From contig CAYJKG010000006.1 in the NCBI GenBank assembly GCA_964370685.1, forward strand, positions 15,008 to 79,007: a stretch of 64,000 nucleotides of DNA. The letters are read 5' to 3'. Shown one piece after another: positions 35,999 through 46,895 of this stretch. Under the pieces are notes generated by a model. It did no database searches, was not told where the DNA came from, and saw only the letters and a program-made list of their open reading frames with translations. Origin of the DNA: an uncultured Faecalibacterium sp. (lineage in GTDB: Bacteria > Bacillota > Clostridia > Oscillospirales > Ruminococcaceae). Position numbers and translations under genes: made by a program. How positions within the stretch are numbered: position 1 is the stretch's first letter; each line of letters begins with the position of its first letter.

Positions 35999-36021
35999 GT
36001 TTTATATTTTTAGGGGGCATA

Positions 36022-37356
36022 ATGGAACAAAAAAAATTGCCACGTGTAGTTATTGGTGGCACCGCAAGCGGTTCAGGTAAAACAACTTTAACATGTGCCT
36101 TGCTAGGTATATTAAAACAAAAATATAACGCTGTTTCATATAAATGTGGGCCGGATTATATAGACCCAATGTTTCACGCAAAAGTATTAGGTGTAAGCTC
36201 CTACAATCTAGATTTGTTTTTTTGTGAAAAGCAAATAATTAAAAACCTACTAGCTGAAAATAAGGCTGAAATAGCAGTGATAGAAGGTGTAATGGGCTTT
36301 TATGACGGAATGGCTATCAATACTGAAAAAGGCTCAACTTTTGATGTTGCAAACGTAACAAATTCGCCCGTGATACTAACTATAAATGCAAAAGGTGCTG
36401 CAAACTCGCTACTCGCAACCATATACGGTTTTATAAAATTTAAAACAAACAACATAAAAGGTGTGGTTTTAAATAATATCACACAACATACGTATAACGC
36501 ATTAGTACCAGAGATAAAAAAACTAGGTATACAGCCTTTAGGCTACATACCAAAACTACCAAGTGAACTTGTTTTAGAAAGTAGACATTTAGGTTTAAAA
36601 ACAGCGGGCGAAATACAGGATATAAAGCAAAAACTTATAAAAGTTGCACAGATAACACAACAAACACTAGAAATAGAAAAAATAATTGAAATAGCGCAAA
36701 ATGCAGTACCAATTGGATACGAAGAAATAAATAGAAAAAAAATATGCAGAAGTGTAAATATAGCGGTGGCTTATGATAAGGCATTTTGCTTTTATTATAA
36801 AGAAAACCTAGAAATTTTAAAGCAACTAGGTGCTAATTTAATATTTTTTAGCCCTTTAACAGATGAAAAATTACCTGATAATATACAAGGGATATATCTA
36901 GGTGGTGGTTATCCTGAACTTTACACAGAGCAGCTCTCGCAAAACAAAAAGATGCGTGAAAGTATATTACTGGCATTAAAAAATTGCTTGCCTTGCATAG
37001 CTGAATGCGGTGGTTTTATGTATCTGACAAAAGCCATAGATGGCGCTGAAATGGTTGGTTTTTTGCCAACACAAAGTAAAAATGAGCAAAAATTAGTGCG
37101 CTTTGGGTATGTGGAGTTAACAGCAAATAATAATAACCTACTTTGCAAAAAAGGCGAAAAAATAAAAGGGCATGAATTTCACTATTACGATTGCGAGGAT
37201 AACGGCTCAGATTTTACAGCAGAAAAACTAAACGGTAAACATTGGCAAGCTGTTTACACTAGCGAGTGTTTATATGCTGGTTATCCGCACTTATCTTTTT
37301 TATCGAATGAAAAAATGGCAGTAAATTTTATTGAAAAATGTGCTAAACAATTATAA
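36022..37356 (+). CDS. cbiA: cobyrinate a,c-diamide synthase
   Basis: Start at MEQKKLPRVVIGGTASGSGKTT (AGGGGG SD). C-terminal glutamine amidotransferase domain with CIAECGGFMYL. Confidence 0.85.
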   Translation: MEQKKLPRVVIGGTASGSGKTTLTCALLGILKQKYNAVSYKCGPDYIDPMFHAKVLGVSSYNLDLFFCEKQIIKNLLAENKAEIAVIEGVMGFYDGMAINTEKGSTFDVANVTNSPVILTINAKGAANSLLATIYGFIKFKTNNIKGVVLNNITQHTYNALVPEIKKLGIQPLGYIPKLPSELVLESRHLGLKTAGEIQDIKQKLIKVAQITQQTLEIEKIIEIAQNAVPIGYEEINRKKICRSVNIAVAYDKAFCFYYKENLEILKQLGANLIFFSPLTDEKLPDNIQGIYLGGGYPELYTEQLSQNKKMRESILLALKNCLPCIAECGGFMYLTKAIDGAEMVGFLPTQSKNEQKLVRFGYVELTANNNNLLCKKGEKIKGHEFHYYDCEDNGSDFTAEKLNGKHWQAVYTSECLYAGYPHLSFLSNEKMAVNFIEKCAKQL

Positions 37357-37371
37357 AAGAAAGAGTTTATC

Positions 37372-37992
37372 ATGATACAAATGAAACCTATGGAAATTGA
37401 AACAAAAAGTTTTGAAATTATAACAAAGGAGCTAGGCGATACTTTTATCGCACCAGAAAATGAACTTGTGGTAAAGCGTGTTATACATACAAGTGCGGAT
37501 TTTGATTATGCACAAAACCTTTGTTTCTCACAGGAGGCTGTAAAAATAGCCATTGAAGCACTTAAAAATGGTGCTGATATAGTAACAGATACATCTATGG
37601 CAAAAGCAGGTATAAACAAAACTATTTTAGCTGCATTAGGTGGGCAAGTACACTGTTTTATTGCTGACGAGGACGTTGCAAAAAAAGCAAAAGAGCGAGA
37701 AACAACACGTTCGCATATAGCTATGGAAAAAGCCTCTACTTTGCAAAAACCTTGCATTATAGCAGTGGGAAACGCACCGACAGCGCTTTTAAGTTTAGAT
37801 GAGCTTATTAAAGAAAATAAATTTAAACCCGTTTTGGTTATTGGTGTGCCAGTTGGTTTTGTTAATGTGTGCGAATCAAAAGAAATTATCATGCAAAGTG
37901 GTGTGCCTTATATAGTTGCAAAAGGGCGTAAAGGTGGAAGTAATGTTGCAGCAGCTATTGTGAATGCTTTATTGTACCAAATAAAAAGGTGA
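37372..37992 (+). CDS. cbiC: cobalt-precorrin-8 methylmutase
   Basis: VKRVIHTSADFDY, IAVGNAPTAL: CbiC/CobH signature. Confidence 0.85.
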   Translation: MIQMKPMEIETKSFEIITKELGDTFIAPENELVVKRVIHTSADFDYAQNLCFSQEAVKIAIEALKNGADIVTDTSMAKAGINKTILAALGGQVHCFIADEDVAKKAKERETTRSHIAMEKASTLQKPCIIAVGNAPTALLSLDELIKENKFKPVLVIGVPVGFVNVCESKEIIMQSGVPYIVAKGRKGGSNVAAAIVNALLYQIKR

Positions 37993-37995
37993 GAT

Positions 37996-39105
37996 ATGTT
38001 TAATGCATATAAATTAGTTGATGGTAAAAAAATGTTTTGTGGTTACACAACAGGCTCGTGTGCTACTGCGGCGGCAAAAGCGGCAAGCGTGGGTTTAATA
38101 ACAGGTGTTATACCAAATGCAGTTAATATAATAACTCCAAATGAAACAAAACTGGAAATTGAAATTTTAGAAAAAAATGATGCAACCTGTGCAGTTAAAA
38201 AATTTAGTGGGGATGACCCTGATGTCACAAGTGGTATGTTAATATACGCTAGTGCTGAAAAAATAGTTGAAAAAACAGTACAAGTTGAGGGTGGCTTAGG
38301 TATAGGTAGGGTAACTAAAAAGGGCTTGCAAACACCAGTGGGTAGTGCAGCAATTAACCCTACACCGCTGAAAATGATACAAGAAGAAGTGCGAAAACTT
38401 ATAGATGAATATGATTTAGATTACGGCATAAAAATAACTGTATTTGCGCCAGAGGGTGAAAAAATTGCAAAAAAAACCTATAATGGACGTTTAGGTATAG
38501 TTGGAGGCATATCCATACTAGGCACTAGTGGAATTGTTGAGCCTATGAGTACTCAGGCTATGATAGAAACAACTAATATACAGTTGCGACAGTGCAAAGC
38601 AAATGGATATAACAATATAGTGCTAACACCAGGTAATTACGGTAAAGCTTTTATTGATACAGCAACAGAGATTAAAAGCGAGCAAGTTGTTGTGTGTAGC
38701 AATTATATAGGTGATGCCTTAGACAATGCTAAAGATATAGGTTTTGAAAAAGTGCTTTTAATTGGGCATATAGGCAAGTTTATTAAGCTTTCTGGCGGGG
38801 TATATAACACCCACTCAAATAATTGTGATATACGCATGGAGCTTTTTGTTAGTGCGGCAATACGTGCAGGCGCAGATATAAAAATAGCGAGACAGTTGCT
38901 GGATTGCATGACGACAGAAGATGCAATTGATGTGTTGAAAGGAGCCGATTTGTGCGAAAAAACGATGGCTTATGTTATGGAAAAAATAGCTTATCACGTA
39001 CAAAAACGCTATGACAAACAAATAGGTATATTAATGTTTTCAACAAAACATGCCTTGCTTGCCCAAAGTAAACAAGCAAAAGATATTTTAAAAGGATGGT
39101 TTTAA
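37996..39105 (+). CDS. cbiD: cobalt-precorrin-5B (C1)-methyltransferase
   Basis: GYTTGSCATAAAKAA, GTSGIVEPMS: CbiD signature. Confidence 0.85.
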   Translation: MFNAYKLVDGKKMFCGYTTGSCATAAAKAASVGLITGVIPNAVNIITPNETKLEIEILEKNDATCAVKKFSGDDPDVTSGMLIYASAEKIVEKTVQVEGGLGIGRVTKKGLQTPVGSAAINPTPLKMIQEEVRKLIDEYDLDYGIKITVFAPEGEKIAKKTYNGRLGIVGGISILGTSGIVEPMSTQAMIETTNIQLRQCKANGYNNIVLTPGNYGKAFIDTATEIKSEQVVVCSNYIGDALDNAKDIGFEKVLLIGHIGKFIKLSGGVYNTHSNNCDIRMELFVSAAIRAGADIKIARQLLDCMTTEDAIDVLKGADLCEKTMAYVMEKIAYHVQKRYDKQIGILMFSTKHALLAQSKQAKDILKGWF

Positions 39106-39786
39106 ATGATATTATACGGTGTAGGTGTGGGTGTTGGCGACCCATTAGATATGACATTAAAAGCAGTAAAAACCATAGAAAGTTGTGAGGTTATTGCTGT
39201 GCCTTTATCCGCAAAAGGGCGTAGCATGATGGCATATGATATTGCTAAGCAAGTTGTAGATTTAAGCAAAAAAACGATTTTAGAGTTAGATATGCCAATG
39301 GTACGTGATGTAAATATACTTGCACAGCACCATAAAAAAGCAGCAGAACAAGTTGTGCAAGTGTTAAAGCAAGGTAAAGATGTTGCGTTTTTGACAATAG
39401 GCGATCCAACAGTTTATTCAACTTATATTTATGTGCATAAATTAGTAGTTGAGATGGGTTACAAAGCAAAAATTATTTCTGGCATAACCTCTTTTACAGC
39501 AGCAGCAGCAAGGCTTGGTATATCGCTTTCAGAAAAAGAAGAAATGATTAGCGTTATACCATCATCATATGAAACTTTGCAAGAATTGCCAAAACAAGGC
39601 ACAAAAGTGCTTATGAAAACAGGCAAGCATATGCAAAAAGTTAAGGAAAAACTAAGGCAAGAGGGAATTTACGAAAAGGCAATGATGGTTGAACGCTGTG
39701 GCCTTGAGGGCGAAGTTATACACAAAAGTATGGATACAGTTACAGATGAGGCGAGTTATTTTTCGCTGATAATAATAAAAGAATAG
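39106..39786 (+). CDS. cbiL: cobalt-factor II (precorrin-2) C20-methyltransferase
   Basis: MILYGVGVGVGDPLDMTLKAV..., TIGDPTVYSTY. Tetrapyrrole methylase fold of CbiL length. Confidence 0.8.
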   Translation: MILYGVGVGVGDPLDMTLKAVKTIESCEVIAVPLSAKGRSMMAYDIAKQVVDLSKKTILELDMPMVRDVNILAQHHKKAAEQVVQVLKQGKDVAFLTIGDPTVYSTYIYVHKLVVEMGYKAKIISGITSFTAAAARLGISLSEKEEMISVIPSSYETLQELPKQGTKVLMKTGKHMQKVKEKLRQEGIYEKAMMVERCGLEGEVIHKSMDTVTDEASYFSLIIIKE

Positions 39787-39797
39787 GAGCAATAACA

Positions 39798-40553
39798 ATG
39801 GTACATTTTGTAGGTGCAGGCCCTGGTGCTGTGGATTTAATAACAGTTAGAGGCCAAAAACTTTTAAGCGAGGCAGATGTAATAATATACGCTGGTTCGC
39901 TAGTAAATAAAGAGCTTTTAGCTTGTGCAAAGCAAGGTGCACAAATATACAATAGCGCAAAAATGACACTTGAAGAAGTTTTTGCAGTTATGCAAAAAGC
40001 AGAGAGCGAAAACAAAATGACAGTGCGCTTACACACAGGCGACCCTAGCATTTATGGCGCAATAAAAGAGCAAATGCAATTACTAGATAAAGAGCAAATT
40101 GTATATGATGTAACACCTGGTGTTAGCTCTTTTTGCGGTGCGGCGGCGGCACTACGTGCAGAGTATACTTTGCCTGAGGTTTCGCAAACGGTTATCATTA
40201 GCCGTATGGAAGGGCGTACACCAGTGCCAGAAAAAGAATCAATACGCTCACTTGCAAGCCATAGGGCAAGCATGGCTTTATTTTTAAGTACAGGTCTTTT
40301 AGAAAAAATGCAGGGAGAGTTAATTGCTGGCGGTTATGCTCCAAACACACCAGCGGCAATTGTTTATAAAGCAACCTGGGAGGAAGAAAAGGTTTTTCAC
40401 TGCACTATTGAAACTTTGTTTAAAACAGCGAGTGAAAACAATATTACAAAAACAGCTTTGATTTTAGTAGGCGGTTTTTTGGGTGATGATTTTGCAAGAA
40501 GTAAATTGTACGACCCAAGCTTTACCACTGAATACCGCAAAGGGACAGAATAA
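39798..40553 (+). CDS. cbiF: cobalt-precorrin-4 C11-methyltransferase
   Basis: MVHFVGAGPGAVDLITVRG..., IIYAGSLV, LHTGDPSIYGA. Confidence 0.85.
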   Translation: MVHFVGAGPGAVDLITVRGQKLLSEADVIIYAGSLVNKELLACAKQGAQIYNSAKMTLEEVFAVMQKAESENKMTVRLHTGDPSIYGAIKEQMQLLDKEQIVYDVTPGVSSFCGAAAALRAEYTLPEVSQTVIISRMEGRTPVPEKESIRSLASHRASMALFLSTGLLEKMQGELIAGGYAPNTPAAIVYKATWEEEKVFHCTIETLFKTASENNITKTALILVGGFLGDDFARSKLYDPSFTTEYRKGTE

Positions 40554-40600
40554 TTTTTAATTTTGATGAATAGTGCACAAACTGGTTTTGGAGATTATAA

Positions 40601-41620
40601 ATGAAAGTTGATATTTTTGCATATTCGGATAAAGGTTGCGAGCTAGCCTTAAAAGTTGCAAATTGTTTTGAAAACGCTAGTTGCTTTGCAATAAAACGCT
40701 TTGCAGAAAAGCATGATATTAACGGCGTTGAAAGCACAGCAAAAAAAGTGGAAGAGATTTTTTTAAATACAGATTTGCTTGTTTTTGTAGGCGCAACAGG
40801 CATTGCTGTGCGAGCAATAGCGCCACATGTTAAAGATAAAACTACAGACCCAGCTTGCGTAGTTATTGATGATTGTGGGCGCTTTGTTATATCATTGTTG
40901 TCAGGGCATATAGGCGGCGCAAATTTGTATACACAAATGCTTGCAAAATATATAGGCGCAAAGCCTATTATTACAACAGCAACTGATGGTAATGATAAAT
41001 TTGCAGTTGATAATTTTGCAGTTAAAAACGATCTTGCAATTGCTGATATGAAAAAAGCCTTGAGTTTTTCCGCAAAGATATTAACTGAAAATTTACCATA
41101 TACACTAGGCGAAAATATTACATTAATAGCTGATAAAAATTTGTTTTTAGCACAAGAGGGCGAAACTGGTTTATATATAGGTTACGATAAACTTGAACCA
41201 TATAAAAACACTGTGCGCCTTGTACCAAAAATGTTGCATGTTGGCATAGGTTGTCGCAGAGGAACAAGCGAGAGTGATATTAAAAAGCTTTTTAGTGAAG
41301 TTTTTAGTAAATATAATTTTGATGAAAAAGCAGTTGTTAGTATTTCATCAATAGACTTAAAAAAAGATGAAAAAGGTTTGCTTGCTTTTTGTGAAGATAT
41401 AGGCATAGTGCCTAGCTTTTATACAGCACAAGAGTTGGCAGGTGTTGAGGGTAATTTTACAAACTCCGTTTTTGTTGAAAAAACAGTTGGCGTTGCAAAT
41501 GTGTGCGAACGTTCAGCTGTAAAAAAGGCAGATAACGGTAAACTGTTAGTAAATAAAACTAGCAAAAACGGCGTAACCATAGCGGTGGCGCTAACAAAAA
41601 GGAGAATAGAACTTGAATAA
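40601..41620 (+). CDS. cbiG: cobalt-precorrin-5A hydrolase
   Basis: GATGIAVRAIAP, LSGHIGGAN, and C-terminal GVANVCERSA typical of CbiG. Confidence 0.8.
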   Translation: MKVDIFAYSDKGCELALKVANCFENASCFAIKRFAEKHDINGVESTAKKVEEIFLNTDLLVFVGATGIAVRAIAPHVKDKTTDPACVVIDDCGRFVISLLSGHIGGANLYTQMLAKYIGAKPIITTATDGNDKFAVDNFAVKNDLAIADMKKALSFSAKILTENLPYTLGENITLIADKNLFLAQEGETGLYIGYDKLEPYKNTVRLVPKMLHVGIGCRRGTSESDIKKLFSEVFSKYNFDEKAVVSISSIDLKKDEKGLLAFCEDIGIVPSFYTAQELAGVEGNFTNSVFVEKTVGVANVCERSAVKKADNGKLLVNKTSKNGVTIAVALTKRRIELE

Positions 41621-42335
41621 ATTATATGTAGTAGGCATTGGCCCAGGCGAATATGAGCAACTAACAATTAAAGCTGTAAAAGCGCTAGAAAACAGTGATA
41701 TTATAGTTGGATACACTGTTTATGTGGATTTAATAAAGGAATATTTCCCAGATAAAGAATGTTTTGCAACACCTATGATGGGTGAAGTTGAGCGTGTTAA
41801 AAAAGCAGTGGAACTAGCAAGCGAGGGCAAAATTGTAAGTCTAATTTGTAGTGGCGATGCAGGTATTTATGGCATGGCTTCATTAGCGTTTGAGTGCAAT
41901 GATAAAGATGTACAGATTGAAGTTGTAGCTGGTGTTACAGCGGCTAGTGCTGGTGCGGCGGTTTTGGGTGCACCAATAGGGCACGATTTTGCAGTTATTA
42001 GCTTAAGTGATTTATTAACGCCGTTTGATTTAATAAAAAAACGTGTCGAAAATGCAGCATGTTCTGATATGTGCATGGTATTTTATAACCCATCGTCAAA
42101 AAAACGTGCAGAGTATTTATCAATAATGTGCGATATAATTTTAAAATATCAAAAACCACAAACTATATGTGGTATTGTCAAAAATATAGGCCGCCAAGAT
42201 ACACACATGCAAACGATGACATTAAGTGAGTTAAAAGGTTATAATGCTGACATGTTTACAACTGTTTTTATTGGTAATTCAAACAGCAAAGTTGTTGATG
42301 GTAAAATGGTCACACCAAGAGGTTATAGGTTATGA
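41613..42335 (+). CDS. cbiH: cobalt-factor III / precorrin-3B C17-methyltransferase
   Basis: TTG start behind AAGGAG. NKLYVVGIGPGEYEQLTIKA, IVGYTVYVDLI, SGDAGIYGMA. Confidence 0.8.
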   Translation: MNKLYVVGIGPGEYEQLTIKAVKALENSDIIVGYTVYVDLIKEYFPDKECFATPMMGEVERVKKAVELASEGKIVSLICSGDAGIYGMASLAFECNDKDVQIEVVAGVTAASAGAAVLGAPIGHDFAVISLSDLLTPFDLIKKRVENAACSDMCMVFYNPSSKKRAEYLSIMCDIILKYQKPQTICGIVKNIGRQDTHMQTMTLSELKGYNADMFTTVFIGNSNSKVVDGKMVTPRGYRL

Positions 42336-44269
42336 AAACACCAAAGTTTTGTGTTTTTTCTGGCACTGCGGACGGCAGAGCTTTTGTTAGTTTTTTAAAA
42401 AAATATCCTGCTGAAATATCAGTTTGCAACGCAACGGAATATGGCGAACAATTAGTTGACGAAAGCGGAGTAACAAAATATTCTCACAGAATGAACACTG
42501 AACAAATGACAGCGTTTTTTACAGAAAACGCCTTTGACGCTGTTATTGATTGTACACACCCATATGCAGTAGAAGTTACACAAAATATTATAAAAGCTAG
42601 CAGCGAATGTGCAGTGCAATATTATAGGCTTTTACGTAAAAACTCAGTTTATGATAATTGCGTTTGTATTGAAAATATGTCACAAGCTGTGGATTATATA
42701 AAAAATACTGATGGTAATGTGTTGTTAACAACTGGCGCAAAGGAGCTTACACTTTTTAAAAATTGTGGTTATGAAAACAGATTATATGCAAGAGTGCTAC
42801 CTTTTGATACTTCGTTGTTGGCGTGTAAGGCAGCTGGTATAGAAGATGCTAAAGTTATAGCAATGCAAGGGCCTTTTCCGTATCAGATGAACAAAGCAAT
42901 TTTACAAATGCATAATATAAAAATTATGTTAACTAAAGATAGTGGTGATGTGGGTGGTTTTGAAGAGAAAATAGCTGCGGCCATGGATTTAGGTGTTAAA
43001 GTAATTGTTATTAAACGCCCTGATGAAAAAAAAGGCTATGCATTAGCGGAGCTAAAGCGAGAAATTATTAAAAAATATAATTTTAAAATAAAGCAAAAAG
43101 TGTATGTTGTAGGTTTGGGCATAGGCGCACAAAACCAAATGACAATAAAAGCAAGTGAGGCTATTTTAAAAAGTGATATAGTGTTTGGTGCAAAACGTGT
43201 GGTAGAAAGCATAAAAAACAAAAAGGTAATAGCCGAGTATAAGGCAGAAAAAATTGCCGATTATTTAAAAAATAATCCTGAAATAAGTAGTGCAAGCGTT
43301 GTTTTTTCAGGCGATATTGGTTTTTATAGTGGTGCAAAACAATTATATGAAACGTTAACAGATGTTGAAGTAGAGCCTGTTTCGGGGCTTTCCTCACCTA
43401 TGTACTTAGCAAATAAACTATTTATGCCTTGGCAAGATATAAAACTAACAAGTTTGCACGGGCGCAAAAATAATATATTAGCGGATATAAAATCAAACAA
43501 ACATGTGTTTGCATTGCTAGGTGGCGATGTAAATGTTAAGGAGCTTTGCGAGTTATTAATAAAATACGGTTTGGGTGATGTTACTTTGCATATAGGTGAA
43601 AGGCTTTCGTATAAGGATGAAAAAATAACAAAGGGTACACCAAACCAGATGTTAGAAAAAAACTTTGATGTTTTAGCGTGTGTTATTATTACAAATGAAA
43701 AATATAATACCGCTCTTAAAATAGGTGTAAACGATGATGATTTTATACGTGCAGAAAAAACACCTATGACTAAAGCAGAAGTGCGTGCGGTTGTTATGTC
43801 AAAATTAGTACTAACTAAAGATGCAATAGTTTATGATATTGGTGCTGGCACTGGGTCAGTTAGCATAGAAATGGCACAAGTTTGCACAAATGGTGTTGTT
43901 TATGGCATAGAAAAAAATGATTACGCCTGCGAAACTATTGAAAAAAATAAGCTGAAATTTGCTGTTGATAATATAAATGTTATTAACGGTAAAGCGCCAG
44001 AGGCACTGCAAAACCTGCCAGAACCAAGCCATATATTTATAGGTGGTTCGGCGGGTAATTTAGCTGATATAATTGCAAAATATCCAAAAGCGCACATCGT
44101 AGTAACAGCAAGTACACTTGAAACTTTAGCGCAACTAGCACAAATAGCAAAAGAACGTAAAAATATGGAGTTAGTGCAACTTGCAGTTACAAAAGCAAAA
44201 CCACTTGCAGGCTATAATTTTTTAACGGCGAATAACCCTATAACGATAGCAACTTTCCCAGTGATATAG
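42332..44269 (+). CDS. cbiJ-cbiET: triple-fusion protein: cobalt-precorrin-6A reductase (CbiJ) + cobalt-precorrin-7 C5-methyltransferase (CbiE) + cobalt-precorrin-6B C15-methyltransferase/decarboxylase (CbiT)
   Basis: Uninterrupted 645-aa ORF. CbiJ-like N-terminus (about 42332..43080). Tetrapyrrole-methylase segment VYVVGLGIGAQNQMTIKA (from about 43090). SAM-MTase segment PMTKAEVRAV...VYDIGAGTGSVSIE (from about 43750). Confidence 0.75.
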   Translation: MKTPKFCVFSGTADGRAFVSFLKKYPAEISVCNATEYGEQLVDESGVTKYSHRMNTEQMTAFFTENAFDAVIDCTHPYAVEVTQNIIKASSECAVQYYRLLRKNSVYDNCVCIENMSQAVDYIKNTDGNVLLTTGAKELTLFKNCGYENRLYARVLPFDTSLLACKAAGIEDAKVIAMQGPFPYQMNKAILQMHNIKIMLTKDSGDVGGFEEKIAAAMDLGVKVIVIKRPDEKKGYALAELKREIIKKYNFKIKQKVYVVGLGIGAQNQMTIKASEAILKSDIVFGAKRVVESIKNKKVIAEYKAEKIADYLKNNPEISSASVVFSGDIGFYSGAKQLYETLTDVEVEPVSGLSSPMYLANKLFMPWQDIKLTSLHGRKNNILADIKSNKHVFALLGGDVNVKELCELLIKYGLGDVTLHIGERLSYKDEKITKGTPNQMLEKNFDVLACVIITNEKYNTALKIGVNDDDFIRAEKTPMTKAEVRAVVMSKLVLTKDAIVYDIGAGTGSVSIEMAQVCTNGVVYGIEKNDYACETIEKNKLKFAVDNINVINGKAPEALQNLPEPSHIFIGGSAGNLADIIAKYPKAHIVVTASTLETLAQLAQIAKERKNMELVQLAVTKAKPLAGYNFLTANNPITIATFPVI

Positions 44270-44346
44270 TGAGAATGTAGTTAACTGCTTATACTGAAAA
44301 CTGCTAAATTTTTATTGCTAACTGAATACTGAACAAAGGAGTAAAA

Positions 44347-45378
44347 ATGCTAATTGGTGAAAATCCACATGGTGGAGATATATATAATAATAAAGTAAAA
44401 TATGATTTTTCGGCTAATATTTCACCTTTAGGTACACCTTTAAAAGTGAAAGAAGCACTTAAAAATACAAATGTTTTAGCCTACCCAGACCCATATTGTT
44501 CAGATTTACGCAATGCTATTGCTAAAACATACAATATAAAAGCGGAGAATATTTTTTGTGGAAATGGTGCTGCAGAGCTTATTTTTACATTTGCACTTGC
44601 GTTAAAACCAAAAAAGGCATTGATAGTTACACCTACTTTTTGTGAGTACGAAAAAGCGCTTGACACAGTTGATACTGAAATTAGTTATTACAAACTCAGT
44701 GAAAAAAATGCATTTATGCTAACAGAGGATATTTTAAATGATATTGATATAAAAACAGATGTTGTTTTTATTTGCAACCCAAACAATCCAACGGGTGTTT
44801 GCTATCCACCACAATTGATAGATAAAATAATAAAGCACTGTGAAAAAACAAAAACAATTTTATTTTTAGATGAATGTTTTTATGATTTTACAGGAGTTGA
44901 AAATTTAACGATAAAAAATTTAAGCGCAAATGTGTGTATATTAAAAGCATTTACAAAAATGTATGGAATGGCGGGCGTGCGTTTAGGTTATTTATTAACT
45001 GAAAATTACTCACTATTGCGAAAAATGGCGCAGTGTGTGCAAACGTGGAATGTTTCGAGTTTAGCGCAAATGGCGGGTATAAGTGCTTTAAGTTGTGATG
45101 AGCATAAAATAATAACTCAAAAACTTGTTAAAAAAGAGCGAGAGTATTTACAAAAAGAGCTTAAAAACTTAGGTGTAGAATATATAAACTCACAGGTTAA
45201 TTTTATATTGTTAAAAAGCAAAATTGATTTGCACAAAAAACTGTTAAAAGAACAAATTTTAATACGTCCATGTGCTAATTTTAAAGGGCTTGATGCAAAT
45301 TACTATAGAATAGCAGTTAAATCACACGAGGAAAACTTGGAATTAATTAACGCAATAAAAACGGTTTTTAGTATTTAG
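44347..45378 (+). CDS. cobD: L-threonine-O-3-phosphate decarboxylase
   Basis: HGGDIY...[24 protein letters not shown], and the class I/II aminotransferase fold, in a cob context. Confidence 0.75.
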   Translation: MLIGENPHGGDIYNNKVKYDFSANISPLGTPLKVKEALKNTNVLAYPDPYCSDLRNAIAKTYNIKAENIFCGNGAAELIFTFALALKPKKALIVTPTFCEYEKALDTVDTEISYYKLSEKNAFMLTEDILNDIDIKTDVVFICNPNNPTGVCYPPQLIDKIIKHCEKTKTILFLDECFYDFTGVENLTIKNLSANVCILKAFTKMYGMAGVRLGYLLTENYSLLRKMAQCVQTWNVSSLAQMAGISALSCDEHKIITQKLVKKEREYLQKELKNLGVEYINSQVNFILLKSKIDLHKKLLKEQILIRPCANFKGLDANYYRIAVKSHEENLELINAIKTVFSI

Positions 45379-45403
45379 CGTTTTATTAAAAAAGGAGAAT
45401 TTC

Positions 45404-46873
45404 ATGGCGGCTAAAGCAATAATGATACAAGGCACTATGTCAAACGCTGGCAAAAGCTTACTTGCAGCGGCGCTGTGCCGTATTTTTACAGAGGATGGTT
45501 ACAATGTTGCACCTTTTAAATCGCAAAATATGGCGCTTAACTCTTTTATAACTAAAGATGGTTTTGAGATGGGCAGAGCACAAGTTGTACAGGCAGAGGC
45601 GGCTAAAAAAGCGCCAGATGTACGCATGAACCCAGTTTTGTTAAAACCTACAACAGATGTTGGCTCGCAAGTTATTGTAAACGGTAAGGCCATAGGTAAC
45701 ATGAAAGCTGCTGAGTATTTTGCCTATAAAAAAGAGCTTATGCCTGAAATTTTAAAGGCGTATAACAGCCTAGCCGAGGAAAACGATATTATAGTTATAG
45801 AGGGAGCAGGTAGCCCAGCAGAGATTAACCTCAAAAGCGAGGATATAGTTAACATGGGTATGGCAAAAGCTGTAAATGCCCCCGTTTTGTTAGTTGGTGA
45901 TATTGATAGAGGTGGTGTATTTGCACAGCTTTATGGTACAGTTGCGTTGTTAGAACAAGAGGAACGTGAGCGCATAAAAGGCTTAGTTATAAATAAATTT
46001 AGAGGTGATGTAAACATATTAAAGCCAGGGCTTGATATGTTTGATGAGCGCATAGCCAAAATTGGCAAAATACCTTTTGTTGGTGTTGTACCACATTTAT
46101 ATGTAGATATTGATGATGAAGATAGCCTAAGCGAACGTTTAGTAAATAAAAACACTCAAAAACTTATTGACATAGCGGTTATAAAACTACCAAAACTTTC
46201 AAATTTTACAGATTTAAACCCGTTTGAGCGTTATGAGAATGTTTCTTTGAGATACGTTAGCCATGCACATGAAATTAAAAATGCTGATATGATTATAATC
46301 CCAGGTACAAAAAGCAGTATTTCAGATTTATATTGGTTAAGGCAAAACGGCATTGAAGCAGAAATTAAAAAAGCGGCAAATGCAGGCGCAGTTGTTTTTG
46401 GTGTTTGCGGCGGTTTTCAAATTTTAGGTAAAACAATAAAAGACCCTAGCGGTATAGAAGGGGGCGGTACAGTTAACGGCATAGGTTTGCTAGATATACA
46501 TACCGTCTTTGAAACCGAAAAAACTACCACACAAACTGAAGGCAAAATTGAAAATTTAAACGGAGCGTTACAAAATTTAAATGGCTTGCCATATAAAGGT
46601 TACGAAATACATATGGGTGTAAGCGGTGAACATAATGCAGTTATAAATAATGGTGATATATACGGCACTTATGTGCATGGAATTTTTGATGAAAGCAATA
46701 TCGCACCAACTATTATCGATTGTCTTTGCAATAAAAAAGGCGTGGATATAGGCGAGATACAAAGCTTTGATTTTGATGTATATAAAGAAGAACAATATGC
46801 AAAATTGGCGCAATTAGTGCGAAAGAGTCTTGATATGGATGAAATATATGGTATATTAGGCATTAAAAATTAA
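45404..46873 (+). CDS. cobQ: cobyric acid synthase
   Basis: [34 protein letters not shown] and GAT domain [10 protein letters not shown]. Confidence 0.85.
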   Translation: MAAKAIMIQGTMSNAGKSLLAAALCRIFTEDGYNVAPFKSQNMALNSFITKDGFEMGRAQVVQAEAAKKAPDVRMNPVLLKPTTDVGSQVIVNGKAIGNMKAAEYFAYKKELMPEILKAYNSLAEENDIIVIEGAGSPAEINLKSEDIVNMGMAKAVNAPVLLVGDIDRGGVFAQLYGTVALLEQEERERIKGLVINKFRGDVNILKPGLDMFDERIAKIGKIPFVGVVPHLYVDIDDEDSLSERLVNKNTQKLIDIAVIKLPKLSNFTDLNPFERYENVSLRYVSHAHEIKNADMIIIPGTKSSISDLYWLRQNGIEAEIKKAANAGAVVFGVCGGFQILGKTIKDPSGIEGGGTVNGIGLLDIHTVFETEKTTTQTEGKIENLNGALQNLNGLPYKGYEIHMGVSGEHNAVINNGDIYGTYVHGIFDESNIAPTIIDCLCNKKGVDIGEIQSFDFDVYKEEQYAKLAQLVRKSLDMDEIYGILGIKN

Positions 46874-46895
46874 ACAAAAAATGGAGTGAAAAATT

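Noticed and set aside
35992-36021. ORF-track N-terminal extension of cbiA (MFGFIFLGGI...).
   Set aside because: The extension starts inside the riboswitch terminator hairpin and T-tract. The ATG at 36022 has an AGGGGG SD and gives the canonical CbiA N-terminus. Similar trimming was applied at 1931..1963, 3048..3071, 4079..4129, 19547..19567, 31994..32152, 56448..56489 and 59095..59133.
44270-44346. Repeated ACTGAA / AACTGC words in the 77-nt gap between cbiJET and cobD.
   Set aside because: These are short, imperfect words with no dyad symmetry or hairpin. The gap is most simply an inter-cistronic spacer carrying the cobD SD (AAGGAG).
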